DNA of 64,000 bases, taken from the NCBI GenBank assembly GCA_051294375.1, contig CM119263.1, forward strand, positions 23,257,109 through 23,321,108, in the 5' to 3' direction. Below are positions 14,905 to 26,750 of the stretch, one piece after another (positions within the stretch are counted from its first letter, which is position 1; each line of letters opens with the position of its first letter). The position numbers were made by a program, and so were the translations under genes. Source of the stretch: Paraspadella gotoi (taxonomy: Eukaryota > Animalia > Chaetognatha). The notes beneath the pieces are model-generated. The model was not told the origin of the DNA. It saw only the letters and a program-made list of their open reading frames with translations, and made no database searches.

Positions 14905-15444
14905 CCCCGCGTCGCCCGCGGAATCTTTGACGAGCAAAAACAAGGACGAGCCGGCGCCTCTAGCGGCGAACAAACAAAAAACGAGACAAAAGACTCGCAT
15001 CTATGAAAGTTTAATCAAAGAGCCAGGGCTGGAGGGTCGTATTAATGCCAATAAGAAAAAGAAAGCGAACGAGAAAGATGCAGGTCACGCAGGGAGACGC
15101 CGAGGGGCGCAGGGAGGGGGATTAGGGGACGCCAATAACGGAAACGATGCCGGCGCTGATGCCGCTAAGATGCCATCATCGGAAAGAAAGATGAGACGAA
15201 ACTGTTTCGGCTCCTTTGGGCAAAAATACAAGAGAATACGGCGGGCTCCTTTTATTTTTGAGAAGCTATGTTGCTTGAGGAAATATCACTTTCGCATGAA
15301 AAATAAAACTTGCGATTTAAAAATTATAGTGCTGCACAATGTCAATAAATTTAGAATTCTCTCTTAAAAAACCTTTTTAACCTTTATCGTCGGATGTAAA
15401 AATCTATAGTTCATTTTTCCTTTTTTTTATGGAAGTGAAAATGG

Positions 15445-16315
15445 ATGTTAATGTTAAAGGAGGCCAAGTCAATCGCCACTTGTAAGTATGACGATAATAT
15501 TACCATAAAATATGTATGAAAATATTCAGTCGCTAAAATACATCCATGCTACACCAGGAGATACGCTGCCTCCTTGCCCCGGCGTTACCTGCGGAAATGC
15601 AACCCTAATCATCGTGAGTATTGAACAATCTGTTATCGACGAGCGTCTTTTCAAATTTAATGTTTTCGTAACGATTAACGGCATCGTTATCCGCCACGCC
15701 CACCATACAGAGAATAGTCGGTCATCATCCGCGACGGAAGACGAATCGGCTTCCAGTGTGCGAAGCGAATCCTCGGATTCTGGTCGGGCACTTGTTTGAG
15801 CTTGGAAAGTTTTTTGGTCTCGGTTGAATATAAATTTCAATTTATGATTAGCCGAAAACTTCCGCTCAAAGTACAAGACGAGGAAAAACAAAGCCAAGGC
15901 CTCTTCCCGCTCCGTCGGCCGCAGCTCTAAATCGAAATCGAACAACAGCAGTTCAAAGTCTGGCGTCAGGGGTCGCTCCTCGTCCGGCGTCGCCAAAGGT
16001 CGCCCCAAGTCAAGCGGCGCCAGAGGCCGTCCGAAGTCGAGCGCATCCAAAGTCGCGGCGAAGAAGAGCGCCTCCAAAGGTCGTCCGAAGTCGAGCGGCG
16101 CCGCGAAAAAGCGCGTCGTCGGGAAGAAGAGCGCGCGTTCCGTTTCGGCGAAGAGAGGCCGCCCGAAATCTGTCGTCGTGAAGAAACCCCGCAAGTCGGC
16201 GGCCAAGCTCAAGGAGATGGCCAAGGATCGGGCCAAGGATCGGGCCAAGGCGCGGGCCAAGGAGCAAAGGAAAAAGGCTCGGGCCAAGGCGGCGGCGGAC
16301 AAGAAACGTCGTTGA
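15445..16315 (+). CDS. Highly basic K/R/S/A-rich protein with four GRPK (AT-hook-like) motifs; histone H1-tail / protamine-like, about 218 aa
   Basis: Exons 15445-15481, 15530-15613, 15711-15782 and 15852-16315, all joined in phase 1 by GT-AG introns of 48, 97 and 69 nt. The last exon is a 154-codon open frame (...KGRPKSSGARGRPKSSASK...KGRPK...KRGRPK...KDRAKDRAKARAK...DKKRR*). AATAAA at 16443-16448. The last exon is well supported; the start exon is less certain. Confidence 0.65.
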
Positions 16316-17235
16316 AGGGAGAATGCCGTCGCGTAGTTCGGAAGGAGGGGAATGCGCAAAGACGAATAGAGGGGATCTTTTTAAATATTACGATTGAGGG
16401 ATGTAAATGAAATGTTTTTAAAGGCAGTTTATAAATTTGAGAAATAAAAATCCACACGAGTTATAAACTAGATTTTAAAATTATTGTAATATAATATATA
16501 TTTTAGTAGTCGTAGGCTAAATAAAAAAAATTTTTAAATTTAAATTTTAAAAGTGACTGCTGCTCTAGGGGTAAAATACGACTCAAGTTAAGATAAGACA
16601 CGATTGATCCATTATTTATTTATAATGTGGCGGTATATTCACACCGCCTCACCTCCATCATCGTTCAGCCAATCACATTGGCTTAGCGGATGAACACACC
16701 ATCCTAGGCGTTGTGTTCCATCCACAGTTCGAACGACTTCCCTCTGCGTTGGCAAAGCGAGACCGTCGTAGGGTAACAGCTCCAGTGACTAGAGCCATCC
16801 CTGGCTGTTGCCAATTCCGAATCTTTTGAAACATTTGAAAATTTTAAACCGAACAAGTTCGCCGACTCCATTTTCAATCCAAAGGGCCTTTTTTCTTCGA
16901 CGGCCAATAGAAAGACGAAGAGAGCTCGTCCCTGAAAAGAATGAGGCCCATAATTGGAATCGAGTCAATAAGGGGCGATTCGTCACCATAAAATTTATGT
17001 GGAGGCGTTGACGGAATTCGCGATAAGGGCGAAGGCCAGAAAAAGAAGGATCGAGAAGAAAGTGAAAGAAAATATTTCAAAGGGAATTTGTAACAAAGTC
17101 AAAGAAGGAGAATTACATTTTCCTCATTTGGTTATCGGCATTTTAGGCTCACAGAGAGCAAAAAGTAATGAAACAAACGCGCATCCACTTTCGCTCCCCA
17201 TTCCTTTACCACCACCATCCCTCCTCTTTTTCCAG

Positions 17236-17766
17236 CCCACCTCTGCCTCTGCTTCGCCCACGCAGCGGCCGCCTTCGCCCCCAACGCCCTCTTCAACGCG
17301 ACGTTGGAGGAGGCGTGGTCGCATCACGACGTCGTCGTCGTTCCCGCCCGTTGGACCTTCATCCTCTGGGTCGTGGTTCTCGTCTGGAATGCGGCGTGGC
17401 TCGTCCACGGCGTCGTTTCCACCTGGCGGAAAGGTACATAGATTGAAAAAAGGAAATATTCATATTTAAAAAAAAACAAAAAAACAAAAGAACATTTCCT
17501 CAAACTTCAAAGGTGAGCTCACCTACTCCTCTCGCCCCATCTTCCGAATCCCGAATTTCCCTTTTTTGATTCCTCGTCGAGGCTCCGGAGGGACAACGAC
17601 GGGGACGAAAAAACCGGAACCAAAAAAGAGACGTCATTAGGCGACAAGATTGCAAAGAGAGTCCAGAGAGTGTGTCTCCATTAGAAACACAAGGGGACAT
17701 AAAAAAAAGTCAAACACGCCCGGACTCATTTTCTCTCTCTTTCGGAGAGAGAGAGAGAGAGAGAGA

Positions 17767-17818
<52 letters not shown>

Positions 17819-17953
17819 GAGAAGAGAGAGAGAGAATGGAGGATAAAAGGGGCGGAGACGGGAGGGAAAGAAAGGAGCCGAGTTTCATTATGACGTTTTA
17901 TGCGCGTCTCTTTCGGGTTCCATTCCGCGACCTTTGATCCCATTTCTGGGGAT

Positions 17954-18039
<86 letters not shown>

Positions 18040-19238
18040 GGGGACTCCCCCCTCCTCGCTTTACCCTCCTTCACCCATCCCACCCCGTTCCGGCGTCGCC
18101 ATTAAAATGATTGTTTCTTCATAATGGCTTCGGATTTGTTTCTTGTTTACAGGTGACCCTGGCGCCTTCGTTTATTTGAGTCCATCCCTGATTTCTCCCG
18201 GGACTTACTTCTTCTTCGGCTCCGCGTGCTTCCTCCTCATCTCTCGCCTCCTCTTCTTCGACCGCGGCGTCTTGTGGGGCGCCGCCGGGTGCCTGGCGGC
18301 GTCTTTCGGCGCCGCGGCGGCGGCACTGCAGCGGGCCGCCGCCAACGCTGAGACGAAGAGGGAGCGGCTCGGGTAAGTCGGGAAGGAGGGAAAGCTTTGT
18401 CACTTGGGTGATGTTTTGGGAAAGTTAAGGGCAGGAGATAAATTTATTGTGAGGTTTGGTAAAGAATAATTTAGGTCTTATATTGTTTGCTCAGAATGAA
18501 AAGATCAAAAGTTTATAGTTTAATAGTACATCATTAGCCAATTTAAAATAAGTCGAACCTTAAAAAACCTGAAAGCATCAAAACATCAAAACATTCATAT
18601 TGACAGTCAACTGGGATTGCATCTGGACGTAACGTTCATCCACGTTTTTCTCATCAACGGCCTTGGCATGATGTCTGCCTGGACACTGAACACTATGGTG
18701 ATCTTCGTGGCGGTCTTGGCCCATCACGTTTACGGGGTGGAGGAGGAGCTCATCTCTACCCTCGTTCTCTCCGTTATCATTGTTTTAATAGGTATTTATC
18801 GAGAATATGACTTTTTAGATAGAATATTTAATATTACGATTATAATAAAATAGTGCAATCGCTTTTCTCCCTGTTCAGTTCTATGGACCGTGTTTGACTT
18901 TCTATTGTTCTATCGACATTTACGTTACCTCTTCGCGCCCTACGTCGTGTTCCTGGTCATTTCGCTCGCAGTGCTCGCGAAACTCAAGGATGACTCGCTA
19001 TTTCCTAACGAGCTGCTGATTAAGGTAAGTTATTGTGACCGTTCTACGTATAAATACACGATATTACACGTTAATTGAAATTTATACATAATACATTATT
19101 TTTGCAATTCAGCTGTGCATCGGGCTGACGTCGGTGAGCGGGCTTTGTCTCTTGATCAAAATACTCAATGCAGGATACCGAGAGTACAGAGCGAGGACAG
19201 ATCGAATGACAAGAATACGTCGCCTTGTTAGATATTGA
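17236..19238 (+). CDS. Uncharacterised multi-pass membrane protein (PAxWTF.IW / NGL...aW family); first exon unresolved
   Basis: Phase-consistent exons 17236-17433 (…VPARWTFILWVVVLVWNAAWLVHG…), 18153-18372 (…FVYLSPSLISP…FFDRG…), 18607-18791 (…DVTFIHVFLINGLGMMSAW…), 18879-19024 (…HLRYLFAPYVVF…) and 19113-19238 (stop TGA). Many hydrophobic helices. AATAAA near 19297 and 19324. Confidence 0.8.
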
Positions 19239-20009
19239 CGAAGGCTTTGAAACTAAAGCCGGATCTTAATTCATGTATTAGATGAGATTAGTTTTAAATA
19301 AAGCAACATTATGTGATAATTCTAATAAACGTGCCAATTAATTTTTAATGCTTCTTGAGACAAAGTAAGTAGATAAGTTTAAAAGGAAAGGTATATGGGT
19401 AAGTTGTTAATTATTTTATCGGTTGATCTGTCCGTCTGAGTTTCGAATCCGAAAGTATGAAACCAAATCTTGGGAACAAGAAGTGGTGAGAATTGATCCC
19501 TGGGTTTCTAGTTTTTTGTGTTTTTTTTTTACCAAATTTGTGACTATCATCGGTTTTTTCCGTTTTCTCTCGTTTCGCTATTTCACGAGAAAAAAAATAA
19601 GGCCATTCGCTTCCATCGCTGGTGCAAATCGGTTTCGACGCGGCCCAAAGTCAAAAATGGAGGGGGGGGAGAAAAATCCGACGACCCCATTCAAGAGGCA
19701 ATATCCTTTTCCCCCCTCCGCTTCTCCACGACCTCTCCTTCGAGCCTCCAGAGAGAAAAGAGAGAGAGAGAGAAAGAAGCTAGTTTTCATAAAACCAATC
19801 AGACGCCTTGATTACCCTTCCTTCCGGTTCATCAACGCCGCCCGCGAGCGCCAGGCTCCAAGCTCTCGCTCTCTCACTCAAGTTCTCTCGCTCTCTCTTT
19901 CTCGCTCTCTCTTTCTTTCCGCCGAAATCGTTTCAAATTACATTTTCCTTTTTTTTCCAATTTCCAAAAAAAGGAGTAAGGGCTCACTTGGGAAGGCTAT
20001 GTACAACGA

Positions 20010-21898
20010 ATGAGTAAAATTATGGATAAAATTAGGGTTAAAAATTTGGTTACATAGTTAACTAATTACTACCGATAGTTATTGGGGCTTTATTCGTATA
20101 AAGAGGAAAAAAAGATAAAATGAAATAAACCACATATCTTTACTTTAAGTAAGCACTAAGCATGTAGACTGTAGAGCAAAGCCAAACTTCATTTTTTTAA
20201 AAATTCTCTTCAAAGAAATAAATTTCAGAAACTTCTCTTATCGTCTTACCGAGTGGAGAACCAATGATGTTCTTGACGCGAGGCTGGGAAAGCGTCCAAT
20301 CGTTGTTGGCGGACAAGAAGCAAAACTTCGATAGTTGGAACGTCAACGGCAACGCCAACAATAACGCCAACTCTTCCTCTCAAAAGCAAGGCTTCTGCAT
20401 TCCCGCCAAATGCGCTTGCATGAATCTCAATTGCATGGTGGCTCGTTGCTTCATGAGCACGAGAAAACCCGAGAAAGCCGATCTTCTGAAAAGATCTTGG
20501 TAAAACCTGCTTTCAAGGACAAGCTGGACAAGTTTCTCCGTGGCGCATCTTTTATTTTAGGTACGGGACGCTTTACTTAAATAAGCAGCAGAGGGGAGAG
20601 TTGGACAGACAATACGGAGAGTCCAAGATCGTTCCCACGATTTTCGATCTTATGGCGGAGGGAAAATCCGTGAGCCACGCCCAATCCGGCGACAAGCGGA
20701 GCCACAGTCAGTCTAAGTCGCCGTCGCCGTCGCCGTCGCACTCGGCGTCGCCTTCGCAGACGCAGAGAACATCCATCACGCGTGACAGTAATAACAGCAA
20801 CAACCGCAACTCAAACAACAATAACGACAACGAGATCGAGATCCAATTTAATGACAACGAAGTTGATCAAAAGAACGTCAACGATAACACCTCGAAATTC
20901 TGCGAATGCTTCGTCGACCACGATCAAGTAATTAATGAGAAATAAGTATTACATTTTTTTCAGAGGACTAAGTTTTGCATATGAAGTTAAATAATTTTTT
21001 AACAAAGTGGTAGTACATTTTAAAAAATCAATTTCCTTTTGACGATTTGAATTGGTTAAGACTGTTAACATGTTACAGTTCTTGAACGACATTGGTATTG
21101 AATTAAATCTTTTTCCTTATAATCAGGACACCTGGGAAGGACCCACCCATTCCAAAAATCGCTTAAAGTGTAGATGTAAAAAAACGACTCTCCCCAGGGA
21201 CTGGCAATCAAGATTCAAAAGCGTGGCTACGGGTATGACATATGTCTTTGATCTCAAATGCACCCAATAGATATATCAAACGTATACTGTAACTCATTAG
21301 GTTATGTAGAAACCCCTCACGGTTACCTGGGAAGAATCGATATTCTGGGGACGGAGAGCATGTTGCCAGAACCGAAAATGCAGTACATTAAGCAAGCCGT
21401 CGTACCTCAATCTATCATGAGAAAGTCGGAGCAGTAAGTATCATGTACTCAGCTTCGGGTTGGAATCAAGATAATACATACTTTTTATGTCTTCACCCGT
21501 TTCCTTTTTTTAATGCCTCCTCCACGTCTCGCTTCAGGGCGGCTGAAGGTTTGTGATGATTTGAAATATAAAAAATGTTAATTTTCAAAAGTTAACCAGA
21601 ATTTTTCTATTTTTATCGCGACATCGGTAAATAACTTTACTCTATTTTTTCTCGCGCAGTTCCAGCTGAAAACGAACAGATTATACGAGTGAAGATTCCC
21701 GAAATATACGACGCGGGGGGCGAGCCGAAGCACGGTCATCACAAGAGCCGAGCTCCCAATTATCAGACAGACAAGTCAGATATACTTGCTTTTTTTACCA
21801 TGACTTATAAAAAAAATTGTTTTACTTTTTTTTTTAATTTTAAAAGACAACGACCAAAACGTCACCATCATCGTCATCATACTGCCAAGGAGGAGTAA
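20010..21898 (+). CDS. Hypothetical protein, about 352 aa, 8 exons including an 11-nt microexon
   Basis: Exons 20010-20013 (ATG A), 20229-20499, 20561-20927, 21127-21232, 21301-21433, 21538-21548, 21660-21774 and 21847-21898. All introns are GT-AG and all phases match (1059 nt = 353 codons). Contains Cys clusters, an SP/N-rich linker and a His-rich tail; no domain recognised. Confidence 0.7.
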
Positions 21899-22597
21899 CA
21901 TCATATAAAACAAAGCTAATAATCATTATTATAATTATTGTACTGTTGAAAATAACTAGTAAATCAAATTTAGCATAAATTTGTTTTGGTCACTGGTCTT
22001 ATGGGGGAAAAGGGGAAGTATATGATATTTCTATTATTTACGAAAAAAATAGTCGTCATTAATTGAGATAAAACATCAATAAAGGCATTTTTAATGTCGC
22101 TGGGTGAAAAGAACAACGGCAATGCCTTCGCCACCTTCCGTTGTCCTTAAAACGTAAACAAGAGCATCGTTTGAAGAATTTTCTTAGTCCTGCCATGCTA
22201 GATTAAATTTTAAATCCTAACTTAAGTGGCGCTCGATTAAATTTATTGTCACCAACCATTTTCCTAATCGATTGTTTTAAACTGTTTTGTACGATGTACA
22301 CTTTATATATACGTTTTGCAGAAAGGAAAAAAAAAGTAAGTAATCGCAAAAAAAAACAAACAATAAAACTAAAAGAAATCACTGTACTCTAAAACAATAA
22401 ATCCCATGATTGAAATTGTTGCTCAGTTGTGAAGTGAAAAGCGTTAAGGAAAGTCACCAAAGCCAGAAGCCAGATGTTATATATACGTTATACTTATACG
22501 TATATATCTTCGGATAAAAATATGTGTTGAAAGAAGAAAAGGACGTCAACGATAACGACGTAGAATACAACTATGTTAACCACTTGATTGCTGATAT

Positions 22598-22598
<1 letters not shown>

Positions 22599-22644
<46 letters not shown>

Positions 22645-22692
22645 GTGATGATGACGATGATGACGATGATGACGATGATGATGATGATGATG
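22599..22692. repeat. (GAT/GAC)n trinucleotide microsatellite
   Basis: Seen directly; accounts for the poly-D/poly-H/poly-I ORFs in the track. Confidence 0.9.
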
Positions 22693-23006
22693 AATATAAA
22701 ATTTACCACTACGATAGCTATAATATAAATGTTCCCAAGGTGGCGTGGGGTAAATTCTGCATTTCGTAATGCAGAAAACAGCGCACCGTTTCCCCTCACT
22801 CGTGAAATTAGGGTAAAGGCCGATGTTTCGAGAATATTCGAAGCCAGTTGAGCCGGGGAAAAAAGAAAAAGAGAGAGAGAGAGAAAATGAAAGAGCCGGG
22901 TGGTAAAGTTGAGCTATGGTAGCGTGATGAAAATGTAGAGAACTTGCACGGTTAGCCAAAGGTTGGCGGTTGTCCGGGGGATTCGATTAAAAATCATCGC
23001 AGGTGA

Positions 23007-23038
<32 letters not shown>

Positions 23039-23047
23039 AGAGAGAGA

Positions 23048-23099
<52 letters not shown>

Positions 23100-23104
23100 A
23101 GAGA

Positions 23105-23145
<41 letters not shown>

Positions 23146-23483
23146 CGTTTGAACAGTCACTCCGCGTTTATTTTATAATCGAATTTCACCTTTTTTAAAT
23201 TGAACAAGATTTTAAATTAGTTTGCTGACAAGGAAAAAGGAAGACAGCGTTGTATGTTATTAGTACGTAGATTTCACAAACATACGAAACGCGGGTTTTT
23301 TTAGGGATCATTTTATAATGATTACAAATAACGATGTTGTTATAAAGGTTACTGATAAGTTGAGAAGGTAAAGTAGGTTTTGAGAGAGTGAGGGCAATGA
23401 GGGTGAGGTAGATGAAGCGTTTGTTGATGATTATTGTACCGAATCAACCTCGTTGTATTCGAATAAAATTGCATCATTACGAG

Positions 23484-23493
23484 CTAAAAATAA
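23484..23493 (+). promoter_or_regulatory. MEF2-type site upstream of the myosin RLC gene
   Basis: CTAAAAATAA matches the MEF2 consensus YTA(W)4TAR and lies about 340 nt upstream of the TATA box of a muscle gene. Confidence 0.45.
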
Positions 23494-23833
23494 GTGGTGG
23501 ACGGTGGATGGAGAAGAAACAGCGCCTGTTGTTGGAGAGGGAGGGAGGAGTGGGAAAATGGTTATAAGTTAAACGTATTCGGAGCTCGGGGGGCAGGGAG
23601 ACACGTTGGACTAGGTTCGAGGATTATGGGTATATCGAAAAGACGGTGGGGCGCGGTCTAGAGACTCGATCGAGCAACCACTACCTACCCTCCACCCGAC
23701 CTACCCCCACTCAACGAGGTCGTCGAAAGTCGAACGATCGAGGATCGAGTCGGCGAAACGCTGGAGGTGCGTCGGTCGCTTCGGATCGGAGGATGAGGAG
23801 GAGGCTCACGCGCAATGAGGGGGAACCTTCGGG

Positions 23834-23840
23834 TATAAAA
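23834..23840 (+). promoter_or_regulatory. TATA box of the myosin RLC gene
   Basis: GGG-TATAAAA-AG, with an initiator-like TCATCCAGT about 27-35 nt downstream and a strong donor (c|gtgagt) at 23902. Confidence 0.65.
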
Positions 23841-23862
23841 AGCTTCTCTCGTTTGAGTCCTC

Positions 23863-23901
23863 ATCCAGTAACCGGCAGACAAACCGTCGTGAGCAACACA
23901 C
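23863..23901 (+). other. Non-coding first exon (5' UTR) of the myosin RLC gene; start approximate
   Basis: Lies between the TATA/Inr and the gtgagt donor at 23902. The next acceptor (ttag| at 24420) is 3 nt before the ATG. Confidence 0.6.
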
Positions 23902-24422
23902 GTGAGTATCGATACTCTTTTTTTTCCTCGTCGCTATTTTTTGGTTTTCAATTCGATCCCTTTATTAAAAAGAATTTTAAAAAGAATTTCGACGACGAAA
24001 ATACTGCACTTTTAATACATTTTAATTTCATTATCGATGACCAAGCCGTTTTTGTAAGATTGGCAATCAATTTTATCAACTGAATATTTCATAACCCAAA
24101 TTTTTAAAACGCATACAAAAAAAAAATCACGTGCTAAATTCTCCAAGGGGAATCTTCAACAAAGTCAGTGAGCCTTTGCCCATCCTTTCACCATCGGCAA
24201 AGCAAAAACATTTCTCTCTTTTCTCTTTTCAATTTGAAATCAAATCTTTTTATTCTTGTCGATTCCAAGTTTTTAATTTATTCGATCCTTCAATAGACAA
24301 ACCATACGTTCCTTTCTCTCCCACATTTTTTTTATTCAATTGAAAAAAAAAGTTTATCATCGAATATAATTTAACTTTTTTTTTACCTCCTCATAAATTT
24401 ATTGAATGCTGAAAATTAGATA

Positions 24423-24938
24423 ATGTCCAAAGGCGCAATCTCTGTAAGTAACTGATTAAAACACTAGTACTTTGAATAGTTCTGATTTATAAATGCACTT
24501 TGTAGGTAATACTTGGTTTTTTATGCTCTTTTTTTTTACATAAATGCTTTCCTTTTTTAAGTTTTTTTTAAAGATATTTCATTTAAAATAGATTGAATCA
24601 AATAGTTTCATGCTTTTTTTTGCCAGATTTGTTCAAAATCTTGGGCATTTTTCTTTCTTTATTTCAACAACACTCTAACCGTCATTCTGGCTTCTCTTCA
24701 TTTTGATTCAGCGATCAACAAGTTTTTATTTCTCTTTACCCTGCTTCGCCTTGATCCCCCTTACGTTATTTTTCCCTTTTAAGTCCCCTTCGCCTTCACT
24801 CCTTCAATTTGCTCCCTCTTGGCCGACCGTCGAACCGTCCCACTGACTCAATAACCCCGACGGACCCAAATACCTAACTAACCAAACCCCCCCCCTGCCA
24901 TATCAACCACCATCCGCGTCGATCGATCGAACGGTTCA

Positions 24939-25026
<88 letters not shown>

Positions 25027-26665
25027 TTTCGATCCATCGGCTCGATCCATCCTCCCTCTCTCCTTGGTCCACTCGAAATCCCCCTAAGCATTTGGACGAG
25101 CCACTCGGCATATTTCGCCACCCCAAGACCATCCTTGCCTTCCGCATAGCTGAACCCCCTCGTCGGCATTCGCTTCAGCCTGGAGATTTCAGCACGATCG
25201 ATTCCTCCAATGCAGACTTCGAGTTTTTCCCCTTTTTTTTTCTTCATGCGATATTAACGCTGAAAGTTTTATTCATGACGCAACAATAACTCTTCAATTT
25301 ATTCTAGAGGCATTTTTTTCGCTACAGTAAAAAAAAAATATTAACTTATAAAAGAAATGAAATAAAATAAACACTTCATTCGTGAAAAACCAATAAACGT
25401 GACGTTTCGAAAATTATTTTCTCCATTTTTTTTTTCGTTTGGCAGAAGAAGTCAAAAAAGTGTTACCAACGCAGCAACTCCTCAACCTTCAAGATGTTCG
25501 ATGAGGCCCAAATCAAAGAGTTCAAGGAGGTCAGTTTCATTTCTTCTTCCCATTCCTTTAATCCCTCGACAACAACAACGATAACAACGACAAAAAATGA
25601 CTTTAGTCACCAGTAACGCTTCAATGTTGCATGGCGTAACTGTAGATCACGATATGCTCAATACGATAGTAAAGTTGAACGAGAACACGCGCAAGTGTTG
25701 GCCGTTTCACTGCTCTTGAACTTAGTTTTACTAGAGACCAAAATTTCGCAGAGTGAATTTTTTTTTAAAAATGGAACTCTTTTATCATTTGGTAAAGTAG
25801 TTCATACCAAAAAAAAATTATTATTTTTTTTCATTCCGCTCTATTCCTGTCGCTGCTGCTCTGCCCTCTGCCGTCATTGACCTTAAACTCCTTTAGATCT
25901 TCGGTTTCCTCGACCAAGATGGAAACGGTGTTATCGAGGTCGATGACCTTGTCGCTTTGCATGGATTGATGGGTGAGGCAGCCTTACCTCAATTTCCTCC
26001 CGCTGTCAAGACTCGGATATATGACAGCGTCTTTTTCGTTTTTGTATTTTCTATAGTTGTTAAAAATGTGTTTAAATAACAGAGTTAAACGAAAGTAACA
26101 GAACTAACTTTGTTTCGCTTTTCATTGCAATTATTCGAGACGCGAGATAAGTAAATTAAATCTTAAATACAACCGAAAGGCGTCTTGAACTTTGTAATTA
26201 AAAAGAAACAAAAAGTCAAGCATGATTTCCTAAGCGAAAACAATTTTTTAATCATCCCGAGAAATTAGAGTGCATGGTTTTTTTCTGCAATCCAGCCGTC
26301 CCTTTCTCCTCCCGCGACCAGCGTCATTGTCAATTCATTAGGTTTAAATTAGTTGTAAATTATAACGTTATTAAAATTGAGAACAGTAAAGCGAAAAAGC
26401 AAAGCCATTGACAGATCTTCGGCATGATGGATCAAAACGCCGACGGGTTGGTGGACGTCGCCGATCTCGTCGCCCTCCACGGAATCATGGGTAGGAAGCG
26501 CCGACAGCGCGCATGCGCGGTTCAACGCGCGCGGACGAAGCGCGTCAAGTTGAAAGCTAAAGTTCTAGACTGCATGCCATGTTATTTTTTTAGAAACGGT
26601 AGAACGTCATCCAGCACTTGTAGTTCAGACCGTTACCGTCCGTTATAGAATTTTGTAATTTTACG

Positions 26666-26750
<85 letters not shown>

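Noticed and set aside
15526-16359. 277-aa minus-strand ORF
   Set aside because: Antisense shadow of the plus-strand basic protein; splice sites and the polyA signal support the plus strand.
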